The notes: a model not told the origin generated them from the letters alone. 64,000 nucleotides of DNA from an uncultured Bacillota bacterium (GCA_945867665.1 CAMBIR010000001.1:30168-94167); one strand, 5' to 3'; counted from the stretch's first letter, positions 29,296 through 40,387 are shown. Program-made: numbers and translations.

Positions 29296-30037
29296 TGCTG
29301 TTGGGTATAATTAATTTTGTTCCAGGTTTTATTTCTTCTATGGTGTTATAGAGACTAATTTGTTCTTTATCAACATTATATTTTTTCATGATTGATTCAA
29401 TGGTATCCTCTTCTTTTACAATATAGACGTGATAAGTGACATAGGTGTCGGAGTTATCGACAGATTCAAAAATATTAAAGTTGTTTTCTTTGCTTACTTC
29501 TTCATCTAAGGTAATGGTAGGTGGAGTTGGTCTTTCGATTGCTTTGATTTCCTCTTCCCTACTCTCTTCTTTTTCCTTTTCTCTAGTTATCGTTTGATTG
29601 ATTTCGTTAATTAGTGGGAATTGAATATCCATATTCTTTTCTTTGGGGGCTTGTTTTTCTTCTTGTTTGATTTCTTGCTTTTCTTCTTGTTTGATTTCTT
29701 GCTTTTCTTCTTCTTTTTTTTCTCCTTCGATATAGAGGTCAATATTTACTTGAAGGGCCTCATTATTCATTACTTCATAGTAAAAATTATCAATATCAAT
29801 ACTTAGGGTGTTGGTATTATATTTGTCGTCTAATTCGATGTCAAAGGGAATCTTAAAGTGAAAATTTTCACGATTAATGGATGAGGCGGTCATTTTGTAG
29901 TCGCCACTGATATAAAATTCACCACTGATATGGTCTTCTTTTTTTAAAATTAAGTTATGTTCTAAGGAAATCGAGGTAATTTCACTTACTTTGGTTTTGA
30001 ATAATAAATCTTTCTTGAAGGGTATTATTTGTTTCAT
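29288..30037 (-). CDS. SpoVID-like protein: N-terminal domain, E/K/Q-rich repeat linker, C-terminal LysM
   Basis: 249 aa. The C-terminus YVTYHVYIVKEEDTIESIMKKYNVDKEQISLYNTIEEIKPGTKLIIP is a LysM. The central (EEKQEIKQ)n repeats are low-complexity. The domain layout and the neighbouring gene resemble spoVID-ysxE. Confidence 0.45.
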   Translation of the reverse strand: MKQIIPFKKDLLFKTKVSEITSISLEHNLILKKEDHISGEFYISGDYKMTASSINRENFHFKIPFDIELDDKYNTNTLSIDIDNFYYEVMNNEALQVNIDLYIEGEKKEEEKQEIKQEEKQEIKQEEKQAPKEKNMDIQFPLINEINQTITREKEKEESREEEIKAIERPTPPTITLDEEVSKENNFNIFESVDNSDTYVTYHVYIVKEEDTIESIMKKYNVDKEQISLYNTIEEIKPGTKLIIPNSNE

Positions 30038-30103
30038 AAAATCATTCCTTTCAAGAAATTATATGAGTTAGTCTTTTAATTATACTTTATTATATAACTT
30101 ATT

Positions 30104-32110
30104 TCAAGAAAAGTAATTTAGAAGGAGATGGACTTCTTTTTCTTTTTCTTTTGGACATACAATCCAGATTTCTTTTTTGGCAATCATCATGGCGGTTAAG
30201 AGAAGTAATTTTTTTTGGTAAGTACTTTCGTTTTTTGAAAATAGTTCTTCTTCTTTTTGATAAAAATATGGGAGAAAAATGATGGGATAAGATGTTTTTT
30301 TTGTAAAGATGTTTTCTATTTGGTAAGTTCTATTTTCTATTTGAAAATGAGATTTGTCTAATTTTTCTACGTTAAATTCTTGAAAAAATTGTTTTTGTTC
30401 TTTTTCATCCGTTACTGCTATTAAGGGGGTAATTGGGGATGAGGTTAGAATCATTTTTAGGTTGTTTGTTTTAGTGGCAATGGATGATTTATTTATTAAA
30501 AATACTTTTAAGGCTTTTTTCTTTTTTAGAATAAGGTTGTTTATTACGTTAAGGTTTTCTTTTAGAAAGGTATTGGTTAGGGTTTCTAATTCTTTTAGAG
30601 AAAGATATGTGTTTTTAAAGCAAAGTCTTTTGTTCTCACTTAGATATTTTTGATATTCTAATTGAAGGGGGAGATTCATTTTAAAGAAAATACTCTCTTC
30701 AGCTTTTTTACTTAGGATTATGAGATAATTATTTTTAGGAATTATACTTGTAATATCTAAGAAAATGGGATAAGTATTTTTGTTTAGTGCTTTATTGATT
30801 CTTTCGTTTAAAGTTCTTTCTTCAACCATGTTTTTTTTCTTTTTTTCATTTTGATAATTGTCTAAAATTATTTTTAATAATTCTTTTTGTTCTTTGGTAA
30901 AGTTTGTTTTAGATAAATTATTTATGGTGGTTAGGGGAATTAATATTTTGTTGATAAAATCGATGAAATAACTATCTTGAGTGGTGTTTTTTAGTTCTTG
31001 ATAGATTTCTTCTTCTTCTCTTTTTTCAAAGGGCCATCTTCTTTTAATTAGTTCGTAAGTTAATACTTCTATTGTTTTTTCTTTTTGTTGATTTTGAGAT
31101 AAATCAATGGTATTTTCTTCTTTACTCTCTAATTTTTTTTGATAGATGATTTTTGTTTTATTTTCTAGGGTAAAGGTATGAAATTGATAGTGATAATTGA
31201 TGCAATTTAGATAAAGAAAGTTGGCAATATCTACTTCTACTTTTGTTGGCATACTTTCGTTTAGAATGGTTCTAAGATTATTTTTTCTTTTGATAATTTC
31301 TCTTTCATTGAATTTCTTTTTAGATAATTTACTTTGGAGAAACATTCTTTTATAAAGGTAGCTATGATAGTCTTTGAAAGTTTCGAATTCGAGACAGTCT
31401 TGGTTTAAGTAGATGTAATCTTGAAAGGTGGTATATAGTTTTTTTAGTAATTCTTTGTTTTGAAAGATGGTTTCTTGTAAGTAGTTTTTAAAAATATTAT
31501 ATTTTAAGGCAGGGGTTATCTTTTTTTCTTCTTCCATTAAATATTTTTCTTGAATTTCTTTTAGAGAGTGGCATTTTATTTTGAGGTTGTTTTTTTCTAG
31601 CTCTTTTTGAATTGTGGTATTATCTGCTTGGCTATTTGTTATAATTAAGATATTTTCTTCAAGATAGGTTTTGTTTTTGATTAAGTATTTTATTTTATTT
31701 ATGATGAAGGGAACATTGTTTTTATTGTTTAGATAAACAAGTTGTGGCTCGTGGGTGGTGATTATATTTTTTTGGGTTTTGTCTAGGAGGTTATTTATGA
31801 CGATATTATTTAATTTATTGTTATTTAGATATTTTTGGTTGTGGTATTTTAAAAGTTGTTTTTCTTCTTTTTGTAGTTTTTCTATTTTTTGGTAGCCTGG
31901 TGTTGTTTGATATAAAAATTTTTCTTGTTCTATTTTTTTAAAAAGATAGTTATATTCTTGCATGAAAGTAGTGTAAGTTTTATTATCGATATAAATATTT
32001 TTGCTTAAAAAGCGAGTATATTTTTTTAAAAAGTTATCAATATCGTATTGAAAGAGATTTATTGTATTATTCATTTTATCATCCTTTCTATGATTATAAT
32101 CATAGCACAA
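30104..32110 (-). CDS. Large hypothetical protein (K/N/E-rich)
   Basis: 668-aa uninterrupted ORF. No confident motif assignment by eye. Confidence 0.3.
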   Translation of the reverse strand: MCYDYNHRKDDKMNNTINLFQYDIDNFLKKYTRFLSKNIYIDNKTYTTFMQEYNYLFKKIEQEKFLYQTTPGYQKIEKLQKEEKQLLKYHNQKYLNNNKLNNIVINNLLDKTQKNIITTHEPQLVYLNNKNNVPFIINKIKYLIKNKTYLEENILIITNSQADNTTIQKELEKNNLKIKCHSLKEIQEKYLMEEEKKITPALKYNIFKNYLQETIFQNKELLKKLYTTFQDYIYLNQDCLEFETFKDYHSYLYKRMFLQSKLSKKKFNEREIIKRKNNLRTILNESMPTKVEVDIANFLYLNCINYHYQFHTFTLENKTKIIYQKKLESKEENTIDLSQNQQKEKTIEVLTYELIKRRWPFEKREEEEIYQELKNTTQDSYFIDFINKILIPLTTINNLSKTNFTKEQKELLKIILDNYQNEKKKKNMVEERTLNERINKALNKNTYPIFLDITSIIPKNNYLIILSKKAEESIFFKMNLPLQLEYQKYLSENKRLCFKNTYLSLKELETLTNTFLKENLNVINNLILKKKKALKVFLINKSSIATKTNNLKMILTSSPITPLIAVTDEKEQKQFFQEFNVEKLDKSHFQIENRTYQIENIFTKKTSYPIIFLPYFYQKEEELFSKNESTYQKKLLLLTAMMIAKKEIWIVCPKEKEKEVHLLLNYFS

Positions 32111-32193
32111 AAAAGATAATAAGAAAATATCTTTTGATGGTTGAAATGGGTAATTTTTTTTGTTATACTTAATTTGTTGTAGGTGATGAGAAA

Positions 32194-33300
32194 ATGAAAG
32201 AAAAATTAAAGCAAATAGAAAAAAAGAAGTTGTATTTAGCAGGGGGATTTTTAGTTTTAATTGTTGTTATTTTATTTGGTGGTGCTTTTATTTATAATCA
32301 GTTTTTTTATAAGCGTTCTTATAGTGAGATTGAAGAAATTATGGTAGGTGCTTCTAAAAAGTATTTGAGTAGTAATCGGGATAAATTGCCTAAGAATTAT
32401 AATGAGGTATTTACACTAAGTGAAAATGATTTAGTGAGTGGAGAATATATGAAAACGATTGCGGAATATTTGAAGGATGATAGCATTACTTGTGCGGGGA
32501 ATGTTGTTGTTACAAATATTAATGGAGAATATCGCTATACACCTAGTCTTGATTGTGGAGATAAGTATAAGACGGTTAAGTTTATTGATTATATTAAGAA
32601 AATGGTGCCAGTTGCTACTGAGGGAAATGGATTATACAATATGAATGATGAATTGGTTTATCGTGGAGATGAAGTCAATAATTATCTTAAATTTTCAGGA
32701 AAGACTTATCGAATTGTAAAGTTTAGTGAAGATAGTGCTGTGATTATTTATACGGAAAAACCGGATAGTGTCGTTTGGGATGATCGCTATAACGTGGAAA
32801 AAAGTTCTAATTTAGGTATTAACGATTATTCGGTTAGTCGAGTTAAAAGTTATGTTGATAAGTTATATAAAGGAAATAGTATTCTTACTGAAGAGAAGAA
32901 AATGTTGGTTGTGGCCCACTCTTTAAATATTGGGAAAAGAGCGGTTAAAGATACAGATAAGACTTTAGGATTGGAAAAGAGCGCAGTTATTGAAAATCAA
33001 TTTATTGGTCTTCTTCCTTTGGGGGACTATTTGAATGCTAGTTTGGATAAAAATTGTACAACAAGTGTTAGTGCTTCTTGTATGAATTATAATTATTTAT
33101 CGAAGTTTCGGTATCCTTGGTGGACGATTACTGGAACAAATGAGAATACGCATCAAGTTTATAAGATTGCTGCTACTGGTAGCGCTAGTTTGGCGACCGC
33201 TAGTAGTAGTGGATACATAAGACATGTTTTATATTTAACAAGGGATGCTTTGTATGTATCTGGTGATGGAACTTCAAAAAATCCTTATATATTAAAATAA
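32194..33300 (+). CDS. Hypothetical membrane-anchored extracellular protein
   Basis: 368 aa. N-terminal signal anchor LYLAGGFLVLIVVILFGGAFIY. The remainder is predicted extracytoplasmic and contains several Cys. Confidence 0.3.
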   Translation: MKEKLKQIEKKKLYLAGGFLVLIVVILFGGAFIYNQFFYKRSYSEIEEIMVGASKKYLSSNRDKLPKNYNEVFTLSENDLVSGEYMKTIAEYLKDDSITCAGNVVVTNINGEYRYTPSLDCGDKYKTVKFIDYIKKMVPVATEGNGLYNMNDELVYRGDEVNNYLKFSGKTYRIVKFSEDSAVIIYTEKPDSVVWDDRYNVEKSSNLGINDYSVSRVKSYVDKLYKGNSILTEEKKMLVVAHSLNIGKRAVKDTDKTLGLEKSAVIENQFIGLLPLGDYLNASLDKNCTTSVSASCMNYNYLSKFRYPWWTITGTNENTHQVYKIAATGSASLATASSSGYIRHVLYLTRDALYVSGDGTSKNPYILK

Positions 33301-33393
33301 AAAAGATATGATTCAATAAATAAAAATTCAATAAATAAAAATCGTATCTTTTTTATTTTGGATAAGAAAAAAATCAGTATTCTCTACTGACTT

Positions 33394-34815
33394 TTAGATT
33401 TGTTCTATTTTCATAAAGTTTGTAATTTTGTTTCCTGTATTAGGAAATCCTCCTGTAATAACGATGTGGTCATTTTTTTCTAATTTAGAGAATTCAATTG
33501 CTTTTGCTTTTCCATCATTAACGACTTCGTCAGTTGAATTGTATTCTTTGACGATAACTGGATATACACCATAGTTTAATGCAAGTTCATGAGCAACTTT
33601 TTCGTTTGGCACGGTCGCTAAGATTGGAGCAATAGGTCTTAAGTTACTAATTTCTCTTGCTGTATGACCAGACATGGTTGCGGCAACGATTACTTTAGCT
33701 TCAATGTCATTGCTTGCTGTTACAACACTTTCAGCAATGATTGATGTGATGTCTTTTTTGTTGCTGCAACTATTTGTTGGGTGCGCATATTTTTCAACTG
33801 ATGCACAAATTTCAGCCATTTTTTCTACGGTTTCAACTGGATATTCTCCCATAGTTGTTTCGTCACTTGTCATGATTGCATCACAGCCTTGTAATACGGC
33901 ATTGGCAACATCTGTTACTTCTGCATTGGTTGGACGAATGCTATGTTTCATGGAAGTCATCATTTGAGTAGCCATGATTACACCTTTACCTTGTAAATGA
34001 CATTCATCAATCATCATTTGTTGATAAAGTGGTAAGTTTTCTACACCAGTTTCAATTCCTAAATCACCACGTGCTATCATGATATAGTCACTGGCTTTAA
34101 CGATTTCTTTTAAGTTGTCAATTGCATATTGTGTCTCTACTTTAGAAATAATTTTCATATTAGGTCTTCCATATTGAGTACATAGTTTTCTTACTTCTTC
34201 GATGTCATCAGCACTATTTACAAAAGATAAGGCTAAGTAATCTCCGTCTTTGTTACAAGCATATTCGATATCCTTTTTATCTTCGTCGGAAATAAATGGA
34301 ATATCTAGTTTGATTCCTGGAATGCATACTCCACGACGTGATTTGATGGTTCCTCCATTCATGATACGGCAAGTTACAGAGCTGCCATCTTCAGCAGTAT
34401 TTTCTACAACTAACTTATAGAATCCATCGTCTAATAGTACAGACATTCCTACTTTTAAGTCTTTTACAATATTTCGGTAATTGAAAGAAATTTTTTCTTT
34501 TGAACCCTTGTCTTTTAAATCTTCTTCGACAATTGTTATGGTATTTCCTTCTATTAATTCAATATAGTCTCCTTCAAAAGTACAAGTTCTTAAATCTGGT
34601 CCTTTTGTGTCATATAAAATGGCGATATGAGTACCTAATTCTTTATTGGCTCTTTTAACCAAATCTTCATCGACTTTTCTTTCTTCTAATGTAGCGTGAG
34701 AAAAGTTAATTCTCGCTACGTTCATTCCAGCATCAACAATTCCCTTGAATTTTTCCCAACTTTGGGTAGAGGGACCAATGCTACAAATGATTTTTGTTTT
34801 TTTCATTTTCAACAC
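33394..34815 (-). CDS. pyk: Pyruvate kinase
   Basis: 473 aa. N-terminus KTKIICSIGPS...GMNVARINFSHA. K+/Mg2+ site motifs MIARGDLG and the C-terminal domain are present. Confidence 0.9.
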   Translation of the reverse strand: MLKMKKTKIICSIGPSTQSWEKFKGIVDAGMNVARINFSHATLEERKVDEDLVKRANKELGTHIAILYDTKGPDLRTCTFEGDYIELIEGNTITIVEEDLKDKGSKEKISFNYRNIVKDLKVGMSVLLDDGFYKLVVENTAEDGSSVTCRIMNGGTIKSRRGVCIPGIKLDIPFISDEDKKDIEYACNKDGDYLALSFVNSADDIEEVRKLCTQYGRPNMKIISKVETQYAIDNLKEIVKASDYIMIARGDLGIETGVENLPLYQQMMIDECHLQGKGVIMATQMMTSMKHSIRPTNAEVTDVANAVLQGCDAIMTSDETTMGEYPVETVEKMAEICASVEKYAHPTNSCSNKKDITSIIAESVVTASNDIEAKVIVAATMSGHTAREISNLRPIAPILATVPNEKVAHELALNYGVYPVIVKEYNSTDEVVNDGKAKAIEFSKLEKNDHIVITGGFPNTGNKITNFMKIEQI

Positions 34816-34881
34816 TTCCTTTTTTAAATCAGTTTCAAGTATACTATAAATTATAGTTAATTGTCAAATTTTAATTTATAG

Positions 34882-36612
34882 TTAATTTATTTTTTTTGTT
34901 TTGCTTTTTGTACTTTTTCTTCTTTTTATTTTTCTTTTTACTTTTGATGCTATAAAGATAATTCCTCCACTTGTTAAAATTCTACTCCCCCACTCTATTT
35001 CGTGATTTAGGCGAATAAATTGATGAGGTATTTCTTTGATTTCTTCATCATAATCGATATAACTATAATTGATATCTACATCAGTATTTATTCCTTCTAT
35101 TTTTCCTTTGGAACTAATTTGCTGCATTCCTACTTTTCTTTCATTTGAAACGTTTGGGAGGTTTGATATAAATACTTCCTTATCATAATAATCTCCTCCT
35201 GCTAGCCAAATTGCAAGGTTTTTTAGGCAATTATTTTTTGTAGAATATAATTTAGAATATAGGTCTTTATTGCAATAAATTCCAGGTGTATAGCCTAATT
35301 TTTTAATTTCTATTTCATAAGTATGAATAAAATCGCGAATAAAAATTTCATCATTTTCCATGGTTAGTTCATTTTGCCAAAATTCTGTTTCTAGATCGAG
35401 ATAGACTGGGTATGAAACAGGAATATTTGTTAAATTTTCTTTAATACAATTGATTTCTTGCATTAATTCTTCTTTTGTTTTTGCTCTAGAGTAGATATAA
35501 AATCCCATTTTAATGTTATTTTTTATACATCCATTTACATTATTGATAAATTGGGGGTCAATATTTTCGTTTTCAAAGTCTTTTAGTTGGATAATGGCAT
35601 AATCGATATCTACTTTATTCCAATCGATTTCTTCTTGCCATAAGGATACATCGATGCCTACTTTTTTTTCTTCATTTAAATGAAATTCTTCTTGGTATTC
35701 TTGAGTGGGAATACTTAAATAGGTAGTTTCTTTTAATTTTTTTGTTTTGAGATGATTATAGGCTTTTAATTCATTAACGCTTAATGGTGTTTTTATGGCA
35801 ATTTTTTTTAAGTCGTCTTCTGTAATTCCTGTTTCTTGTTGATAGTAATCGTTTGGTTGAAAAAGATAAGGGTTATTATAATTTCTCTCTATATATTGAT
35901 AATCATTCTTTGAATTATAAAAATTAAGGGGATTATCATGTTTATCTTGGGTATAGATTTGAGGGTTAATGTCAATGCACATTTCTTTAGATGGGTCATC
36001 CCAAGATTGATAGTGAAAGTCGTATTGACTTATTGATAACTCGGGATCTTCATATTCTTTATATAAGCTTGTATCAATATTGTTATATATATTTAAATAT
36101 AAGTGATTAGAGATAGCTTTAGTATAAAAAGCATATATTAAGTTTTTGACTTCGTCATAGCTAAGATTTGGGTTACTTAGCATTTTATTAATATCTAGGT
36201 AGATGGGATAATTAATTTGATATTCTTTTACAATTGATTTTATCCATTCAATATCTAAGTATATATCTGATAAATTTTTGGCGTTACTTCTTAAAATAAG
36301 ACCAATATTAATATTATTTTCTTGGCAATAGTCTAATTTTTGCTTGAGAAAATAAGTGCCATCAGTATTGTGAGAGCCAACATCTAGGAGGACGAAGTTT
36401 TTGTTGGTTACTTTTTTGGTAATATTATTGGTTAATGGATTAATGTCTTCATATCCAATTATTTTGGTGGAATTATTATTGAATTCTTCATTTTTTCTTC
36501 TTATATTCATAATGGATATTGAGGTAAGTATGGTACTAGTTGCTACTAAAATCGCTACGAACTTTTTCTTTTTATCTAATTTGAATTTTTTCATGTTTCT
36601 TCTCCTTTGCAT
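34882..36612 (-). CDS. Secreted/anchored protein with two glycoside hydrolase family 25 (lysozyme/muramidase)-like domains
   Basis: 576 aa. The N-terminus holds a TM/signal segment. GIDVSLWQEEIDWNKV resembles the GH25 signature GIDVSxWQG.IDW. A second similar module occurs earlier (LLDVGSHNTDG...). Confidence 0.45.
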   Translation of the reverse strand: MQRRRNMKKFKLDKKKKFVAILVATSTILTSISIMNIRRKNEEFNNNSTKIIGYEDINPLTNNITKKVTNKNFVLLDVGSHNTDGTYFLKQKLDYCQENNINIGLILRSNAKNLSDIYLDIEWIKSIVKEYQINYPIYLDINKMLSNPNLSYDEVKNLIYAFYTKAISNHLYLNIYNNIDTSLYKEYEDPELSISQYDFHYQSWDDPSKEMCIDINPQIYTQDKHDNPLNFYNSKNDYQYIERNYNNPYLFQPNDYYQQETGITEDDLKKIAIKTPLSVNELKAYNHLKTKKLKETTYLSIPTQEYQEEFHLNEEKKVGIDVSLWQEEIDWNKVDIDYAIIQLKDFENENIDPQFINNVNGCIKNNIKMGFYIYSRAKTKEELMQEINCIKENLTNIPVSYPVYLDLETEFWQNELTMENDEIFIRDFIHTYEIEIKKLGYTPGIYCNKDLYSKLYSTKNNCLKNLAIWLAGGDYYDKEVFISNLPNVSNERKVGMQQISSKGKIEGINTDVDINYSYIDYDEEIKEIPHQFIRLNHEIEWGSRILTSGGIIFIASKVKRKIKRRKSTKSKTKKIN

Positions 36613-36747
36613 AGGCTATTATACTACATATTTTTGTTTTCTTGTAGTAGTTTTCATTTTAAGAAAGTGATATTTTTAAATTAGAATATGAAAATACATC
36701 TAAAAAATTAGATGTATTTGTTAGAATCTCTTTGAATTTTTTTGACT

Positions 36748-37383
36748 TTAATCTCTTCTATCTCCAAATAATTGAAGAAGTCTTAAGAAGATGTTGATAA
36801 AGTCTAGGTATAAATCAAAGGCACCATAGATGGCTAATTGCTCACTGTCGTAGCCTCTTCTGATGATTTTTTGTACGTCGTAAGCAACGTAGATGGTAAA
36901 TATAGCTAAGACTAGGATACATAAAATCATATTTAAGGTACCGTTTGCAAGGAAGATATTAATGATTTCTAGAATAAGTGATGAAATTAGCGCAACAATT
37001 AGATAAACACCATAGTTTGATAGGTCAAATTTATCACTTTTTCCTAGCATAGCGAATATGCCAAAAGTTAGCGAACTGGCTAAGAAAATCCAAATAATGC
37101 TAGTGATTTCATAAGCAACGAAGATACTTGAGAAAGTTAGGCCAGTTAAGGCACTATATCCTAGATATAAAATTTTAGCTGTTGTTTCTGACATTTTGTG
37201 AATTCTAACTCCAAGCCAGATGGCTATTGCAAATTCTAGGATAGTAATAATGAAATAAGTAGAGCCACTGAAGATAAAAGCAAGGGCATTGATATTGGTA
37301 CTTGTTAAATAAGCGATTAAAAATGTTACGAAAAGTCCTAAACCAAACCAGGTAAAGACTTTTGATAAAATTGAGTTTTTCAT
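36748..37383 (-). CDS. Bax-inhibitor-1/YccA-family integral membrane protein
   Basis: 211 aa with 7 hydrophobic helices. The conserved C-terminal motif region (AYDVQK, family AYDTQ) is present. Confidence 0.55.
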   Translation of the reverse strand: MKNSILSKVFTWFGLGLFVTFLIAYLTSTNINALAFIFSGSTYFIITILEFAIAIWLGVRIHKMSETTAKILYLGYSALTGLTFSSIFVAYEITSIIWIFLASSLTFGIFAMLGKSDKFDLSNYGVYLIVALISSLILEIINIFLANGTLNMILCILVLAIFTIYVAYDVQKIIRRGYDSEQLAIYGAFDLYLDFINIFLRLLQLFGDRRD

Positions 37384-37407
37384 AAATATTCCTTCTTTCT
37401 TTAAATT

Positions 37408-38250
37408 TTATTCATAGCTACTTGTAATGCCATAATATTCTTCTAGGGAGATGTATTCATTGTTTTGATATAGTTTTTTGGCTAATTCTTCTCCGACATA
37501 GCGAAGATGCCATGATTCGTATTGGTAACCAGTGTACTTTTCACTATCTTTAGGGAAACGAATGATAAATCCATAGCGATAAGCATTTTCGTGAACCCAT
37601 TTCCCTTCTGGGGTATCTTTAAATGAGTCATCGATACTATTTAAGTCGAAGCAAAGTCCGGTTTGATGTTCTGAGTATCCTGGCCTTGATGAGTAGGTAT
37701 CAGCGCCTACTACCCCGCTAGTTGCGACATATTTATTGTATAAATTGACTTGATATTGATAGGAACGGTATCCACTAGAGATGTAGATATTTAGTCCTAA
37801 GGCGATAGCGTCACTTTGCATTAATTTAAATTGTTCATAAGCGGTTTTGTCAATACAATTATTGCATCGCTCGGTAGTGATTTTTTGATAAGGATTTTCT
37901 GGTTGATAATCGGTTGGTAATTTGTAAGTTTTATTTGCGATAATGTTTCCTTCAATCTTGGCGATTTTATTTTTTATTGTTAGGGTATAGCCTTTTTCTG
38001 TAAGGTATTCTCCATCACTTAAAGCATCAAATTCTTTTGCATTTTTTGGAGCTTTCTCTAATGATTTATCTGTATTTTTAATCTTTTCTTCTTCTTTTTT
38101 TTCCATATTTTTTTTACTAGAAGTATTGGTTTGCTTACTTGTATTATTTTCTTTTTTCATGATTTCTATTCCTCCTAGTATAAGGATAGATATTAGAAAT
38201 AAAAATAGAATTAGAATGCGTTTCTTTTTTAATTTTCGTCTTTTTTTCAT
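37408..38250 (-). CDS. D-alanyl-D-alanine carboxypeptidase, peptidase M15B (VanY-like)
   Basis: 280 aa. N-terminal TM anchor. M15 zinc motifs SGYRSYQYQ, SEHQTGLCFDL and ESWHLRY. Confidence 0.6.
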   Translation of the reverse strand: MKKRRKLKKKRILILFLFLISILILGGIEIMKKENNTSKQTNTSSKKNMEKKEEEKIKNTDKSLEKAPKNAKEFDALSDGEYLTEKGYTLTIKNKIAKIEGNIIANKTYKLPTDYQPENPYQKITTERCNNCIDKTAYEQFKLMQSDAIALGLNIYISSGYRSYQYQVNLYNKYVATSGVVGADTYSSRPGYSEHQTGLCFDLNSIDDSFKDTPEGKWVHENAYRYGFIIRFPKDSEKYTGYQYESWHLRYVGEELAKKLYQNNEYISLEEYYGITSSYE

Positions 38251-38277
38251 GAAATTCCTTCTTTCTTAGGAAGCATT

Positions 38278-39783
38278 TTATTTTTGTAAAAGGCTATTTC
38301 CTGTCATTTCTTTAGGAATAGGCTTATCCATTAGGTTTAAGATTGTTGCGGCAATATCTCCTAATTTTCCTTTTTTTAAGTTAATATTTTTATCTAGTAC
38401 AATGAAGGGAACAACATTGGTTGTGTGCATCGTGTTGATGCTACCATCTTTATTTATCATTACCTCACAATTTCCATGGTCGGCAGTGATGAGAACTTCG
38501 TATTCTTTTAAATTAATATTACTTATTATTTTCTTTAAACAATTATCTAAGGTTTCTACTGCCTTAATTGCTGCGTCATAATTTCCCGTATGTCCTACCA
38601 TATCGCCATTTGCAAAGTTTAAAACCGTTAGGTCGGGTTGAGCTTTCTTTAATTCTTTGATTAGAGCATCCGTTATTTCGTAGGCACTCATTTCAGGCTT
38701 TAAATCATATGTTGCTACCTTTGGCGAAGGAATAAGAATTCTCTTTTCTCCTTTTAGTTCTTTTTCTTTTCCTCCATCGAAAAAGTAAGTGACATGTGCA
38801 TATTTTTCAGTTTCAGCAATTCGAAGTTGAGAAAGACCTAATTTACTGATGTATTCTCCTAAGGTGTTTATTAAATCATCTAATTGATAAAGTGGCTTTG
38901 AAATCACTTCGTTGGAAACGGGCATAAGTGTTGCTAGAGAGATATTGGATAAATCTTTTTTGGTAAATGGATTTATTTTATCGTTAGTAAGGAGGCTGGC
39001 TAGTTCTCTAACTCTATCTGGTCTAAAATTAGCAAAAATTATGCCATCATTTTTTTCGATTAGTCCTTCAGAGAGAATAGTTGTTGGGGTAATGAATTCA
39101 TCGGTAATATTTTCTTTTTGGTTTTCTTCCCAGGCTTTTAGGGCTGATTGGTATTTAATGCTAGAGCCTGTAGTCATGGCATCATAGGCCAATTTTACGC
39201 GGTCGTAGTTGTTATCTCTATCCATTGCGTAATATCTTCCACTGATGCTAGCAATTTTACCTAAGCCGATTTCTTTGATTTTATCTTCAAGTTCGCGAAT
39301 GAATTTTTCTCCTGAGTAAGGACTTGTATCTCTTCCGTCTGTAAAGATATGAAAGTATACTTCCTTTAATCCTTCCTCCTTGGCGGCAGATAAAATGGCA
39401 TAGAAATGATTGATATGAGAATGAATGCCTCCATCACTTAAAAGTCCCATAATGTGTAATTTACTATTGTTTTCTTTTACGTGGTTGAAAATACTTCGAA
39501 GTACTTTATTTTCTTTAAAAGAATTTTCTTTGATTTTTGCGTTGATTAGGCCAAGAGGTTGGTATACGATTCTACCAGCGCCTATATTCATATGACCTAC
39601 TTCACTATTCCCCATTTGTCCTGTAGGTAGGCCTACAAATTCACCGCTTGCTTCTAATGTTGTGTTTGGATATTCTTTTATCAATTTGTTAATAGTAGGT
39701 TTATTGGCATGGTAAAAGGCGTTTCCATGTTCTTCATCACTTAACCCTACGCCGTCTAAAATGCATAATAATACTTTTTTCAA
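38278..39783 (-). CDS. gpmI: 2,3-bisphosphoglycerate-independent phosphoglycerate mutase
   Basis: 501 aa. LLCILDGVG...GNSEVGHMNIGAGR, and TADHGN near the C-terminus, are iPGM hallmarks. Confidence 0.9.
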   Translation of the reverse strand: MKKVLLCILDGVGLSDEEHGNAFYHANKPTINKLIKEYPNTTLEASGEFVGLPTGQMGNSEVGHMNIGAGRIVYQPLGLINAKIKENSFKENKVLRSIFNHVKENNSKLHIMGLLSDGGIHSHINHFYAILSAAKEEGLKEVYFHIFTDGRDTSPYSGEKFIRELEDKIKEIGLGKIASISGRYYAMDRDNNYDRVKLAYDAMTTGSSIKYQSALKAWEENQKENITDEFITPTTILSEGLIEKNDGIIFANFRPDRVRELASLLTNDKINPFTKKDLSNISLATLMPVSNEVISKPLYQLDDLINTLGEYISKLGLSQLRIAETEKYAHVTYFFDGGKEKELKGEKRILIPSPKVATYDLKPEMSAYEITDALIKELKKAQPDLTVLNFANGDMVGHTGNYDAAIKAVETLDNCLKKIISNINLKEYEVLITADHGNCEVMINKDGSINTMHTTNVVPFIVLDKNINLKKGKLGDIAATILNLMDKPIPKEMTGNSLLQK

Positions 39784-39809
39784 TTTTTGTCCTTCTTTCT
39801 ATAATTTTA

Positions 39810-40190
39810 TTATGTGCAAGAAATGATTTCAGTATAATCTTCTTTGTATTCATATTGATTTGGTTTAGTAAAGACAATTACGCCGTTAAAGTCTTCTCCG
39901 TTGCTATTTTGTTTATTTTCGTCTAGGGTATCTAATAAGTTTAGAGAAATATAGCACTTAGAGGCGGAATTTAGTTTATTATATATGGCGTTTTTATGGT
40001 CTGTTACGTAGAGTTCGGCAGCTGTTTCTAATATTTTGTATTTGATTTTATCTTGTTTGGCTTTTGTTCTTTCTAATGAAGATGTAATGCTAGGAATTGC
40101 TATTCCCATAATGGCGGTTAGAATGACTAGGGCTGCTAGTAGTTCAATTAAAGTAAATCCTTTCTGATTCTTTCTTTTTTGATTTTTCAT
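39810..40190 (-). CDS. Prepilin-type N-terminal cleavage/methylation domain protein (small ComGC-like pilin/pseudopilin)
   Basis: 126 aa. The leader MKNQKRKNQKGFTLIELLAALVILTAIMGIAIPS has a class III signal peptide with G-1, F+1 and E+5. Confidence 0.65.
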   Translation of the reverse strand: MKNQKRKNQKGFTLIELLAALVILTAIMGIAIPSITSSLERTKAKQDKIKYKILETAAELYVTDHKNAIYNKLNSASKCYISLNLLDTLDENKQNSNGEDFNGVIVFTKPNQYEYKEDYTEIISCT

Positions 40191-40387
40191 CTTATCACCT
40201 TACCTACTTTGTATTATAGTTTATTTCAAAAAAAAATACAACCTTCTTGTATAAAAAATGTAAATATGATATGATTAAATCAAAAATAAAGGAGGGATAA
40301 TTTGGGGGAAAATAATGAAGAATGGTAACCTGATTAATTAAATTAAAGTTAGGGTTTTTGGTGAGAAAAAATGGAGGATGATAAGTT

